IMG/VR virus record: IMGVR_UViG_3300024344_000016 | Location: 1-56,423 of that record | Reading direction: 5' to 3' (one strand) | Length of the DNA stretch: 56,423 nucleotides | Source: a virus | Taxonomy: Duplodnaviria; Caudoviricetes | Shown: positions 45,705 through 55,725 of the stretch, one piece after another | Layout: each line of letters begins with the position of its first letter | Position numbering within the stretch: position 1 is the first letter of the stretch | Program-made: the position numbers and the translations under genes | The notes under the pieces: model-generated | The model's input: only the letters and a program-made list of their open reading frames with translations | What the model was told of the DNA's origin: nothing | The model's database searches: none

Positions 45705-46697
45705 ATGGCAGAAATTAGGTTTCAATTACTAAAACAGGCGGATGGAACGCCTGCTCTGGACACGCTGTCCGGTTCTGGCTTGGCCTTTTACGGGGCTACT
45801 GCCGGTTCTTCGGTACAGATTGGAGCATATCAGGGGACGACCAGAGTAGCTAACGCTGCTGGCAGTTCCTATGAAGACGATACAAACAATATCAAGTTCA
45901 AGACTAGCGTGTTTCCTAGTGGGCAGTCGGAACTATCTATTTTGGGCAGCGACGTGGATATTGGGCTTTCTGGTATTAAGACCATGCAGGGCACGATGGG
46001 TATTGAATTTGGACATACTTCAGAAGTGAAGGTTCAAAATGTTCAATTGAGAATTTACGACAGAAGCAATGTTAATTATCCGGCTAGCGGCGTCAACACC
46101 AAGGCCGCCGAGATTATCAACTTTGATGGGAACACATGGGAAACACAGGGGGCTACTGGTGATACTTCCGACGCAGTGGGTAGCGGAGACGCTTTCTGGT
46201 GGGGAGAACCGTGGCCAGCCGAATTAGTCAGCAAAAACTATTACACCAACAGCTCATCTGTTGTCTTTTGGAACGGTAAAGACTCAGATGCTAGGGTAAA
46301 TGGAGATGCTAGATTAGATGCCGCAGCGGTTGCTGGATCTTATGATTCGGTCGGCGGTACTGGCATCATTCTTCCACTTATGGATAGTCCGGGCTCTGGT
46401 GGCGTCCAATTACAAAATGCTGAAGTTGTCAGCGGCACCGGCATGGTCTGGCCGAAGTGGTCACAATATATTACGACTTCATCAAACCAGCAGACTTATT
46501 TTGGCGGAAGCACGGCTCATAATTTTGGAGACGGCTCAGATACCACAAAAACAGATGGTGTCGCTCCTATAGACGGAACTTTTGGTGGTACAGGGGTCGA
46601 TACTCACCACACTTGGTCTATTGCATTGTCTGCATCTCCCCTATCAACCGGCTCGAAAGAGGACTATGGACTTTATGTCTCTTTAGAATATCTGTAG
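45705..46697 (+). CDS. Virion structural protein (putative)
   Basis: Gly/Ser/Thr-rich; strong RBS; preceded by the late motif. Confidence 0.6.
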   Translation: MAEIRFQLLKQADGTPALDTLSGSGLAFYGATAGSSVQIGAYQGTTRVANAAGSSYEDDTNNIKFKTSVFPSGQSELSILGSDVDIGLSGIKTMQGTMGIEFGHTSEVKVQNVQLRIYDRSNVNYPASGVNTKAAEIINFDGNTWETQGATGDTSDAVGSGDAFWWGEPWPAELVSKNYYTNSSSVVFWNGKDSDARVNGDARLDAAAVAGSYDSVGGTGIILPLMDSPGSGGVQLQNAEVVSGTGMVWPKWSQYITTSSNQQTYFGGSTAHNFGDGSDTTKTDGVAPIDGTFGGTGVDTHHTWSIALSASPLSTGSKEDYGLYVSLEYL

Positions 46698-46719
46698 GAA
46701 ATATCGTAGGATCTAAAGA

Positions 46720-47484
46720 GTGGGATATAAAAACTACACTATCAGAGGCAAGACTGACGGCTTTGGCTGCCAGTATAATGCCAAGCTGTCTGGACTCGCT
46801 TTTTGCTTGAATAGCGGAGGCTGGCCAACTCAGTACCGCTATATTCATACGCCCTTCGCCACCGTCTCTCATGGCTGGCGAAAGGAAGATAGGGTTGCAC
46901 AACTTAATGAGTTTATCGGAATTCCCGATAACCGTATTGGCAAAAGAATACACGTTCCCAAGAAATTTGAGACCAAGGTATTCAATGACCCCAACGCTTT
47001 CTATAATTCATCGGTACTAGATACTATTAGGGAGTATTATTGGTCCACCCCTAAGCCACAAGACTCGGAAAACGAGATAGTGGTTCACATCCGAAGGGGC
47101 GACGTTCAGCCACATAATGGGGGAGATCGTGCCAGACGCCACCTGCCTAACGTTTGGTACAATACTCAAATTCCCGATATTGTGTCTAGATACCCCTCTC
47201 ACTACAAGATAACTATCCACTCCGAGGGAGAGATGCCTGAGTTTGAGTCTATTACAGATGGCTGGCCTCAAGATATAGTAGACAGGACCGTTTTCAAGCT
47301 TGATACCTGTTTGACGACCGCTTTTCATGAAATGGTTACAGCAAAGGTGTTACTTATGAGTAAAAGTGGGTTTGCCTACACCTCTGCAATTCTCAATACC
47401 AACGATATATTTTTCGTCCGCAGCGGGGCTAGGGGACAGAAAATCCCTCTCGGTCATTGGATCAGAACTCCGTGGGGAGGGTGA
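46720..47484 (+). CDS. GT11/alpha-1,2-fucosyltransferase-like glycosyltransferase
   Basis: DGFGCQY N-terminus, IVVHIRRGDV motif, C-terminal SKSGFAY. Confidence 0.75.
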   Translation: MGYKNYTIRGKTDGFGCQYNAKLSGLAFCLNSGGWPTQYRYIHTPFATVSHGWRKEDRVAQLNEFIGIPDNRIGKRIHVPKKFETKVFNDPNAFYNSSVLDTIREYYWSTPKPQDSENEIVVHIRRGDVQPHNGGDRARRHLPNVWYNTQIPDIVSRYPSHYKITIHSEGEMPEFESITDGWPQDIVDRTVFKLDTCLTTAFHEMVTAKVLLMSKSGFAYTSAILNTNDIFFVRSGARGQKIPLGHWIRTPWGG

Positions 47485-47485
47485 T

Positions 47486-48286
47486 ATGATATTAAACAGA
47501 ATGTTAGTTGGAACAAACAGCGGAATCGGAGATTGTATCTTAATGAATGGTGCAATCCGACACCTAGCAGATATATTTGACTCTATTTCGGTCTTGGTTA
47601 TTGGTCCGCATAATACGTGTCGTCAAATTACACATATGTATAGGGATAATGATAGTATCGATGTGCTTGGCGAGCCTCCTGCACGTACTTTTTGGCAGGG
47701 CGATAAGAAGAGGCGAATTTGGGCAAGCAGGCATCCAAACTGGCATATACGAACATTCTGGTGGCCAGTAGGTAAATTCGTGTACCACGCCGTGGAATGC
47801 GGGCTTAATCCTGAAACTAATTGCTGGCCAGAGTTGTTCTACACTTATGTGCTGGGTGGCGGCGACCCCCAAACTATGGGGTATGAACGTAGATATGAAA
47901 ATTTTTATGTTGAAAGAGATTATGCTAGGGAAGACATTTTAAAAAAAAGACTTGGATTACCTGCGGATTATGCCTTTGTTGTGGATAAAGGAGAACCCAG
48001 TTCGTCTCACTTTCACATCAAACCTGAGACAAAGTTCCCCATTTTTAAGCCGCACTACAGGGCGGATCTTTTTGATGAATATACCATATTTGACTGGATG
48101 GGTGTTATAGAGGACGCAAGAGAGATCTATACAATCGACACTGGGTGGCTACATCTTATGAAGCAAATGCGACTAGATAAACCCAAGTTCTATTTCGACA
48201 AGCTACGCAGACCACTGTCTAACACCACAGAAACCAGATATCTCAATGACGACTGGGACAATGGCTGGAAAGTGATGGACATATAG
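47486..48286 (+). CDS. Glycosyltransferase-like protein, paralog 1
   Basis: GIGDCILMNGA and TIDTGWLHL resemble GT9-type GxGD and xDSGxxH motifs; start reassigned to ATG 47486. Confidence 0.65.
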   Translation: MILNRMLVGTNSGIGDCILMNGAIRHLADIFDSISVLVIGPHNTCRQITHMYRDNDSIDVLGEPPARTFWQGDKKRRIWASRHPNWHIRTFWWPVGKFVYHAVECGLNPETNCWPELFYTYVLGGGDPQTMGYERRYENFYVERDYAREDILKKRLGLPADYAFVVDKGEPSSSHFHIKPETKFPIFKPHYRADLFDEYTIFDWMGVIEDAREIYTIDTGWLHLMKQMRLDKPKFYFDKLRRPLSNTTETRYLNDDWDNGWKVMDI

Positions 48287-49077
48287 TGAATCTTTTTCTT
48301 GCACATAATTCAGGGCTAGGCGACTATATCCTAATGAATGGTGCCGTGAGGTATTTGTCATCACTAGATGAGATAGAAAGCATCGTTTATTTGTGTCAGA
48401 GTACGCCCAATAAGTTTAGACATCTTGTTCGTATGTATGGTGGAATGGATAAGATAAGGCTCATTGAAGAGAAACAGGGAAGCGGATTCACTTCACAGAG
48501 AAGAAAAATACGCATATGGGGAAAGAGATTCTCCGATCATGAGTCAAGAGCGTTCGCTTGGAATGCAGCCTTCTGGGAGCCTTCTATGGAGATTCGGGGA
48601 TTAGATCCAAACAGAGATTGCTGGCCGGAACTTTTCTATTCTGTGCTTGGAGCACCCTACTCAGCTAGACACGAATATTTTCATATACATAGAAATCTCA
48701 AGAAGGAGGCGAGTCTCACAAGAAGTCTTAGGCTGCCTGTGGATTATGCCTTTTGCGTAGACCGAGGTGCCAGACCGAATTTCAACCTTTCGCCACCAAC
48801 CAACCTTCCAATCATCAAGCCTCACGATTATCCCGAGATTTTGCATGAGTATGATATTTTCGATTGGATGGGCGTTATCTCTGGGGCATCAATAATATAC
48901 ACAATTGATACAGCGTGGATGCACTTAATTAAATCTATGAGACTGAACGTCCCCAAGTTCTATTATCACATGCGGGGCGACTACGTCAAAAACGTATTCA
49001 CGAGCTGTTATATCAATGACAAGTACGATAATGGATGGGAAATTGTTGATAAGCATGGAGCTATTCTGTCTCAGTAG
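48286..49077 (+). CDS. Glycosyltransferase-like protein, paralog 2
   Basis: GLGDYILMNGA, CWPELFY, IFDWMGVI, TIDTAWMHL. Confidence 0.65.
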   Translation: MNLFLAHNSGLGDYILMNGAVRYLSSLDEIESIVYLCQSTPNKFRHLVRMYGGMDKIRLIEEKQGSGFTSQRRKIRIWGKRFSDHESRAFAWNAAFWEPSMEIRGLDPNRDCWPELFYSVLGAPYSARHEYFHIHRNLKKEASLTRSLRLPVDYAFCVDRGARPNFNLSPPTNLPIIKPHDYPEILHEYDIFDWMGVISGASIIYTIDTAWMHLIKSMRLNVPKFYYHMRGDYVKNVFTSCYINDKYDNGWEIVDKHGAILSQ

Positions 49078-49917
49078 CTATTTCAACCAGTATCCATTTT
49101 TTAGCTGGTGCCCAGTAGCCTCCATTTTGATCCATCCGCCCTCATATTCATCATTCAAGTACTCTGTGCCATGTATCCACTTTTCTCCAGTATTTGGATC
49201 GTTCCACCAGTATTTGGGTATGTTTAGATTGAGGGTCTTGATCAAGTGAAACCAGCCCGTATCAACTACATGTAGCTCGGAAGCCCTTTCTATAACTTTG
49301 AGCCAGTCAAAGATAAGGGTCGCGTTCCAATCATAGGGTTTTCCCGACCAAAGCTGGTATTCTCTGGGATTAACGATAGGAAGCGTTGTGTCTGGGTGAC
49401 ATCTGAACGAATACTTTCTCCCCTCGTCTACCACAAAGGCGTATTTGCTAGGCAAGTTAAGAGACTCAAAGAGAGCCTCCTCTCTTTCAGCGTCCCTGTC
49501 TAGTCTATACTCGGTATGACGTTTTTCGTAAGGCACATTTTGCATAGCATAAAAAAGACGTGGCCACGAAATATTGTCTACATCAAGCCCGTGGTTGCTA
49601 ATGTTTTCTATCCAGAGATGTTCTTTGGTTATATACTTACGAGCAAAGGGTTCAAATTTAATGCGGGGGTTGTCTCGTACTATTTCCTCGTAGGATGCGT
49701 TCTGTCTAAGCATTGCCTGACGAGCACTTTTAGGATGGGGTTTAGCATATGGTATAATGCTGTCGTCGTTTCTGTATATCCACTCAACATGTCGCAGTCT
49801 CGAATCCCAACACAACAGATAAACCCTATCAAACTTTTCCGCTAAACACCTAGTCGCCCCGTTTAAAACGATGTAATCGCCTAGTCCAGTGTTGTGACAG
49901 ACCACGATACCATTCAT
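49078..49917 (-). CDS. Glycosyltransferase-like protein, paralog 3
   Basis: GLGDYIVLNGA, SWPRLFY, IFDWLKVI, VVDTGWFHL. Confidence 0.65.
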   Translation of the reverse strand: MNGIVVCHNTGLGDYIVLNGATRCLAEKFDRVYLLCWDSRLRHVEWIYRNDDSIIPYAKPHPKSARQAMLRQNASYEEIVRDNPRIKFEPFARKYITKEHLWIENISNHGLDVDNISWPRLFYAMQNVPYEKRHTEYRLDRDAEREEALFESLNLPSKYAFVVDEGRKYSFRCHPDTTLPIVNPREYQLWSGKPYDWNATLIFDWLKVIERASELHVVDTGWFHLIKTLNLNIPKYWWNDPNTGEKWIHGTEYLNDEYEGGWIKMEATGHQLKNGYWLK

Positions 49918-50519
49918 GTTATATAATTGATCAACTTTAGGGGTGTATAGTATAGGGTATATTGTGAACTTTTAACAATAGACTGACAGAAGACTCCATC
50001 CTCTCCACAGGACATATCCTCTCGGTACTTGATGTCCGATAACACTTCCTTCCTTGCTGACATGTGGCCGTGACAAATTGGCAATCTTGAGGGTGCCTCT
50101 ACATTTGTAGATGGAAGCGGGTCTGTCTTTACCACTTTTTCAATATGGGTATCCTTTACAGGATCAAACTCCCGTAGACCCATGTTGTAATTATGAACAA
50201 GAGCATCTATTTCTTGTGACTGAAAGATATTTTTGATAACCTCACATTTTTGTGGGTGAATAATATCATCGACATCACAAAAACAAACAACGTCACCGGT
50301 TGCTAGTTCGCCGCCCTTGTTTCTAGCTCCCCCTGCCAGCATCCTGTTTTCAAAGTGATAGACCTTGATGGTAGGATCGGCACAGCCTAGAGACTTTAAT
50401 CCACTGGCAACTACTAGTATTTCATCCGGTTCCGTTGTTTGCATTTTGATGCAGGATAGAGAGTACTCCAAAAGATGAGCGTCTCCGTCGTAGCATGTTA
50501 TACAGAATGAGACTTTCAT
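49914..50519 (-). CDS. Glycosyltransferase family 2
   Basis: VSFCITCY, GGARNKG, ATGDVVCFCDVDD, GEDG. Confidence 0.88.
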   Translation of the reverse strand: MKVSFCITCYDGDAHLLEYSLSCIKMQTTEPDEILVVASGLKSLGCADPTIKVYHFENRMLAGGARNKGGELATGDVVCFCDVDDIIHPQKCEVIKNIFQSQEIDALVHNYNMGLREFDPVKDTHIEKVVKTDPLPSTNVEAPSRLPICHGHMSARKEVLSDIKYREDMSCGEDGVFCQSIVKSSQYTLYYTPLKLINYIT

Positions 50520-50774
50520 CTAGTCGGACAATAGGTTTTTGACCTTATTGTTAACGGCCTCCTCTGCGTCTCTCTCAGAAACTACAGTAGAGTCTCTGAC
50601 ATAGGTTTCGTGTATCAGATTTGAGATGTCGCCTCTAGCGATAGGTAGGTCTCTCGTTGGAAAATTATGCACATAACAATTAGTATGCACCTTCTCGTCC
50701 TTCCAGACACTCACGGTGACAACATATCTATCGTGTTCGTTCAGATTATCTATAGCTTCTATTCTGCTTGTCAT
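50520..50774 (-). CDS. Hypothetical protein
   Basis: Abuts both neighbours on the minus strand. Confidence 0.6.
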   Translation of the reverse strand: MTSRIEAIDNLNEHDRYVVTVSVWKDEKVHTNCYVHNFPTRDLPIARGDISNLIHETYVRDSTVVSERDAEEAVNNKVKNLLSD

Positions 50775-51104
50775 TTATTCGACCGCCTTGGTTTTAGGGT
50801 TCCACTTGGTCCAGCCCTTGTCTGGAAGCCATTCGCCTTCAGAATCTTTTCTTCGAGGAAATAGTCCACCACCCTTTTTGTTAACCCCAAAGGCTAGCTT
50901 TGCCCCGCAGTCTAAACATCTCAGTTCATGGTATTCATTTCCATCATTTTCGCGAACCACGAATCGGAGGTTCTCCGACCCGCACTTGCCGCAGGCTGTT
51001 TCTCCAAAAACCTCCTGAAAGGCACCCAGTTGTGCGAACAGTTCTTTTGGTGTATCAACATTGAACTCTACCGACAGCTTGCCTTCTCTGTAGACTACTT
51101 TCAT
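50775..51104 (-). CDS. Zinc-ribbon protein
   Basis: CGKC...CLDC; GGAGG RBS. Confidence 0.7.
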   Translation of the reverse strand: MKVVYREGKLSVEFNVDTPKELFAQLGAFQEVFGETACGKCGSENLRFVVRENDGNEYHELRCLDCGAKLAFGVNKKGGGLFPRRKDSEGEWLPDKGWTKWNPKTKAVE

Positions 51105-51106
51105 TT

Positions 51107-51874
51107 TTACCTCCAGTTGGAATCATATCCCTGCATAGACTCTGGGATATCCTTAGATTTATTTTGATACTCGTTTAACACCCCTAGCATTTTAGAGGCC
51201 GTCTTTTTACCTATATCCTTGATTGAGTCATAAGAGTCGGTTCCTGAATCAATGAACTTGAGCACATCAATATCCAGTTGTTTGCATTTTGCATCGATGA
51301 AATTGATTTGAGGTTCACTGATAGAGTCCTCTTCTTTCCACTCCCCATCCGTAGGCACTTGTACCGTTTGACGTACAATTGCCGCAACGTCCTTCTTTCT
51401 TGTAAGTTCTTCTGCCGCCAAGCATTTGACCTTTAGTGCTTTCCTTAAAGCTCGTCCCTCTGCTCGCGTGCTTGCTGTTGCCGCCGGATGGGCACAGAAT
51501 AGATCGTCTGTGTTCCCATGCCAAACGTCTGCAACGTCTGCAAAAGTCCTGTACTGTCCAGAATCCATCCAGTCAATAACAACCTCAAATACAACAGTCG
51601 CTCTACCCGGTCCATCGGGGTCGGTAGCTGGAAATACTTGGGTAGGTCGGCTACTTACTATTGTCCCTAAGACCTCTTCTGCCACACGACGAAGTCCCGC
51701 ACAAACAGGATTGCCGTCAATGAGTTCGCGGTCTTCAAATTTGCTCATCACATATTCGTTCCAATTCTCAGAACCATATGCTGGCATCAAATCCTCGCTC
51801 TCCTTAACGCCCTCCTCTTCAGCGATTCCTTCCTTGATGCTCTCAACATCAAATAAGTCCAAATCTTTTCCCAT
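51107..51874 (-). CDS. Rad52/Sak-like single-strand annealing protein (putative)
   Basis: GLRRVAE...ATVVFEV...ATASTRAEGRALRKAL and a C-terminal SEPQINFI domain. Confidence 0.5.
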   Translation of the reverse strand: MGKDLDLFDVESIKEGIAEEEGVKESEDLMPAYGSENWNEYVMSKFEDRELIDGNPVCAGLRRVAEEVLGTIVSSRPTQVFPATDPDGPGRATVVFEVVIDWMDSGQYRTFADVADVWHGNTDDLFCAHPAATASTRAEGRALRKALKVKCLAAEELTRKKDVAAIVRQTVQVPTDGEWKEEDSISEPQINFIDAKCKQLDIDVLKFIDSGTDSYDSIKDIGKKTASKMLGVLNEYQNKSKDIPESMQGYDSNWR

Positions 51875-52659
51875 TATTTAATCTCCAGTTCGATAAATCT
51901 CTTGTCCTTCGGTGGAAACTTGTCCTTCACTGCTCCCACCTCGGTCGAAACCAAATCCCACAGTTTTCGCTCCACGCTTTTATTCATGTTTCTGCACAAA
52001 TATTTTACTCTAATAACGCAAAAGCCCTTAGAGATAAGTAGGCCGTTTTTTATGCTATCCATTTTGATCGTGTTCGACAATTTGTCCGCACCAAACACGG
52101 GCAAGAAATGCTGCGGCCCGTCTACCTCTATTATAGTATTGAGTTCTGGCAAAAGCAAGTCAATTTCAAAATTTCCTTCAATTAATCCTTTTTTATGCAT
52201 GACCACTTCGTAGCCAGCTTCTTCCAGTTTTTCCTTGAGAAACTTTTCTTGCTTCGATCCCTCCAGACACGCTAAACGCAATGCCCTACCAGCCTTCTCT
52301 TGCATCTCTCTCCTTTTTTCGGGAGACATGTTGTCCCACCTGTTTTTTGCAGATTTGCAAAACTTCTTTTTTTCAGCTTCGGGCATTTCTCTCCACGCCT
52401 TCTCGACACCCATGCTGATCTTGGTTTTCTCTTCTTCAGTTCGCTTCAGCCCCTTAGTTGGATGTTTGGCCCGTCCGTTCTGGATGGCTAGCGACTGAGA
52501 TTCCGATCTGCTTCTGAGGGTGTGCCCGTTTTTCTTGAGGATTCTTTCTATCTTTTTAGGATAAGTCTCAAGCTCCTTGGCTAGAGAAATTGTGCTGTGA
52601 CCCTCTGTATATTTCTTGATCACATATGATTCATCTATATTCTTCATCTTAACCTCCAA
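51874..52659 (-). CDS. Vsr/DUF559-type endonuclease with HTH and NUMOD3-like motif (homing endonuclease-like)
   Basis: KGLKRTEEEKTKIS; GSKQE; FEIDLL...IIEVDGPQH. Confidence 0.75.
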   Translation of the reverse strand: MEVKMKNIDESYVIKKYTEGHSTISLAKELETYPKKIERILKKNGHTLRSRSESQSLAIQNGRAKHPTKGLKRTEEEKTKISMGVEKAWREMPEAEKKKFCKSAKNRWDNMSPEKRREMQEKAGRALRLACLEGSKQEKFLKEKLEEAGYEVVMHKKGLIEGNFEIDLLLPELNTIIEVDGPQHFLPVFGADKLSNTIKMDSIKNGLLISKGFCVIRVKYLCRNMNKSVERKLWDLVSTEVGAVKDKFPPKDKRFIELEIK

Positions 52660-53767
52660 AAGTATTTATTGCGTCTACAATGTGCAATATTTCTTGGTCC
52701 TTTAAAAAAGGGTGGATGGGAAGACTCACCATTCTTTCGGCATATTCTTCCGTTCTAGTTAGTTGTGTCTCAACCCTTCTGTAGAACGGCATTTTATGTA
52801 TTGGTACTGGGTAGTGGATGCCGCATTCTACATTATTATAATCCAAATGCTTCATAAACGCATTTCTATTTTCAGAATCTTTGAGTAAAACCGGTAATAT
52901 GTGATACACCTGTAGAGTATTGTCGGTCAACATCCACGAAATTCTATCATTATTTATTTGCGATCTAATTTTATTTGCCGCGATAGATCTGGATCTATTC
53001 CACTCGTCTAGTTTCCGAAGCTTCCAATAGAGAATTATAGCCTGTATGGAATCTAGTCTGTGATTATGCCCAATGCCCTCGTGTACGTATTTTTCTACCG
53101 ATCCGTAATTTCGGAGCAGCCTACACCTTTCGGCTATCTTCTCGTTGTTTGTCACTATTATCCCAGCGTCTCCAGCGGCTCCCAAGTTCTTACCGGGATA
53201 CAGAGAGAAAGCTGACACATCACCCACGCTACCAGCAACCGTACCTCGGGGGGATTTGGCACCGTGTGCCTGAGAAGCGTCTTCCAGCAATAAACAATCG
53301 TACTTTGATGCGAGATGTCGTATTTTATCAACAGCATCGCAGCATCCATACATATGGACGGCCACCACTAGACAGCTTCCGGCTAAACGTGGCTGCGACA
53401 AGTATCGCTCAAGTTGACTGGTATCCATTTGCCCATTTTGATCTACGTCAACCGGTTCGATTAGTGCATCAGGGTACGCTTCCTTTATAGCTAGCCAAGT
53501 CGCTACGAATGTATTAGCTGGCATAAAAACCAAGGGGCACCCCTTTAATTCTAACGCTTTTGCGGCCACTTTTATAGCATCCGTTCCGTTGGAAACCCCT
53601 ATCCCATGCTGAGAGCGGCAGTATTCAGCAAAAGCTTCCTCAAACCTTTTGACTTGAGGGCCGAGTATAAATTGGGAAGTGTAGAACAGTTCTCGTATTT
53701 CTGGAACCGCCTGTTCTTCTATCTCTAGCCATTGTGCGTTGAGGTTGTTAAATTTAACCTGATTCAT
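52649..53767 (-). CDS. DegT/DnrJ/EryC1/StrS family PLP aminotransferase
   Basis: ILGPQVKRFE, VSNGTDA, EDASQAHGA, SLYPGKNLGAAGDAG. Confidence 0.95.
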   Translation of the reverse strand: MNQVKFNNLNAQWLEIEEQAVPEIRELFYTSQFILGPQVKRFEEAFAEYCRSQHGIGVSNGTDAIKVAAKALELKGCPLVFMPANTFVATWLAIKEAYPDALIEPVDVDQNGQMDTSQLERYLSQPRLAGSCLVVAVHMYGCCDAVDKIRHLASKYDCLLLEDASQAHGAKSPRGTVAGSVGDVSAFSLYPGKNLGAAGDAGIIVTNNEKIAERCRLLRNYGSVEKYVHEGIGHNHRLDSIQAIILYWKLRKLDEWNRSRSIAANKIRSQINNDRISWMLTDNTLQVYHILPVLLKDSENRNAFMKHLDYNNVECGIHYPVPIHKMPFYRRVETQLTRTEEYAERMVSLPIHPFLKDQEILHIVDAINTFGG

Positions 53768-54611
53768 ACAGACTCCCTGTTATGTGGAGGCTCAAGTCTT
53801 TTTGCTCAGGCCCCCAGTCTCCATTTAAAAAGTTGGTGATAGAACTGTGTAGCGGGGACTTTGGTTCTATCGGTATAACATCGTTTCCATAAAGGATCGT
53901 AGACGTATTGTCGTCCCAATGCAGAAAAGAATTTTCGTTTGCGTTAAACTCTAGGATATACATTCTGTTCTTCATCCCATAAGACCAGCTTGCGTTGATT
54001 TGCATACTGGTTTCTGAAAATTCAAGAACCCCCACTGTACTGTCGTCTTGGTCAGAGTTTTTGTCTCTTTTGAAGTCTAGCCACTCAGATCTCACGGGTG
54101 CTTCGTCTAATAAGTAACAACCTATTGAAACGTCATGTGAAGCTAAATCCCATCTGGCATTAACATCGGTACGAACAGGGCCGAAGTTCATCCTGTTAGC
54201 TATTATACTTTTCGGCTTTCCCAATCCTCCAATCAGGGTTTTGATTTTTTGTACCGCCGGGTTGTAAGTAAATAACCAGTCTACAAACAATCTTGAGTTA
54301 TGTTTGTCCGATATTTCATACAGCTTTTGACAATGTTTCAGATTTGTGTCTAATGGTTTTTCACAAAATACATCAATACCACGCTCTAGGAAGTGTCTGC
54401 AAACTTCGTAGTGGCTTGCCACTGGAACAATCACAAACACAGCATCGCAGGACAGCTTTCTGTAATCGCGAACCTGCCTGTATTTCTCTCCTATCTCGTG
54501 CCAGTCTACATCTCTTTGTTCGCACACGACGATATCTCTGTGTCCCAGTTCCCGTAGGTTTCTGAGGATCACCTTGCCCCAGTGTCCTAGTCCGACTATA
54601 CCTATTTTCAC
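53754..54611 (-). CDS. Gfo/Idh/MocA family NAD(P) oxidoreductase
   Basis: IGIVGLGHWG, VFCEKP, DLASHD; start reassigned to the GTG overlapping the upstream TGA. Confidence 0.9.
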   Translation of the reverse strand: MKIGIVGLGHWGKVILRNLRELGHRDIVVCEQRDVDWHEIGEKYRQVRDYRKLSCDAVFVIVPVASHYEVCRHFLERGIDVFCEKPLDTNLKHCQKLYEISDKHNSRLFVDWLFTYNPAVQKIKTLIGGLGKPKSIIANRMNFGPVRTDVNARWDLASHDVSIGCYLLDEAPVRSEWLDFKRDKNSDQDDSTVGVLEFSETSMQINASWSYGMKNRMYILEFNANENSFLHWDDNTSTILYGNDVIPIEPKSPLHSSITNFLNGDWGPEQKDLSLHITGSLYESG

Positions 54612-55717
54612 TTTAAATCCTTCCCGCTTAACTCTCTTTGTCGATAATCGTATTCGGTAGCTTTTATCGCCTGATAGATATTGAAACAAACGTTTCGCCA
54701 CCTGAGAGGATTGAGGTCCATATTCCTGATGTTCTGTAGCATATGAATCCTGTAATCGTCATCTCTAATACATCTATCTAGGTCATCTTTTAATTTTATA
54801 GGGTCAGTTAAGATGCACGTTTTATAATTATGACGCTCAACAAAATCTCCGTATATATTTTCCATCAGGGGTTTTGAATTTTCTACCCAGTTTGGTTCGT
54901 GAATAACTACAGGAATGGTTCCTACGAACCAGCTCTGAAGAAATCTTAGGTTATGCAGCCATAAAGCATGATTCGGTATGATTTGAAAAGACGCATCCCT
55001 GACTTCTCGACTGAGATCTGCATATGAGATCTCAGACTTCCTGCCCCTGTGAAAAATTCTGTATTCAAATTCGGGAGAATCCTTAACTACCGCCCACGCT
55101 GCCGATAGTGCTTTTGCTCTATCGGGCCACACACCTACATGCCGAGGGCTATATGCACATATTCCTGTTTTGGTTTTTTTAAGTGGGTCAATAGGGTAGA
55201 TTCCCTCTTTTTCAAGCTTGTAGTCTATGAAATCTGTGAAGTACACACTTTGCATACCAGATATCCATTGTTCTCTGGCACATGAGTATAAGACAACAGT
55301 ACCATTCCTTCCTATCTTATCTAGAAATTTGTGATGAGCGGCACACGAGTCCCTTCCCCCAAAAACTCGACCTCTGTGTCTGTTGGGACTATACACAGGT
55401 TCGTCAAGCATGAAAACCTTATATCTGTAATTTGCGAGAAAGTCCCACTCAACACACCTTCTGTATGTTGCCAGATCTTCTGTCAATATTATTTCAGCTT
55501 CAGAGTCTAGCATGTCTCGATAGCTTCCGTCCTCTTTAGCAATATCGTATTCTCCACAAACATCGAAAAATCCAGAATCTCTAAATATATCAGGGTTGCA
55601 GCGTGAACGGCCCCACTTATTCGTTTTGTATATAACATCAACCTTAAGCTTCTTTTCAGACAACTCTGGGTTGCTATATTTTCTCTTTATTTTTTCTTCT
55701 GTAAAGACAGGAAACAT
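54608..55717 (-). CDS. Hypothetical protein, possibly glycosyltransferase-like
   Basis: Long ORF within the sugar cluster; RFLQSWFVGTIPV resembles GT C-terminal motifs. Confidence 0.45.
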   Translation of the reverse strand: MFPVFTEEKIKRKYSNPELSEKKLKVDVIYKTNKWGRSRCNPDIFRDSGFFDVCGEYDIAKEDGSYRDMLDSEAEIILTEDLATYRRCVEWDFLANYRYKVFMLDEPVYSPNRHRGRVFGGRDSCAAHHKFLDKIGRNGTVVLYSCAREQWISGMQSVYFTDFIDYKLEKEGIYPIDPLKKTKTGICAYSPRHVGVWPDRAKALSAAWAVVKDSPEFEYRIFHRGRKSEISYADLSREVRDASFQIIPNHALWLHNLRFLQSWFVGTIPVVIHEPNWVENSKPLMENIYGDFVERHNYKTCILTDPIKLKDDLDRCIRDDDYRIHMLQNIRNMDLNPLRWRNVCFNIYQAIKATEYDYRQRELSGKDLK

Positions 55718-55725
55718 ACCGACTC

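Noticed and set aside
44382-46697. Diversity-generating retroelement target in tail-tip genes
   Set aside because: No reverse transcriptase and no template/variable repeat pair seen in the window
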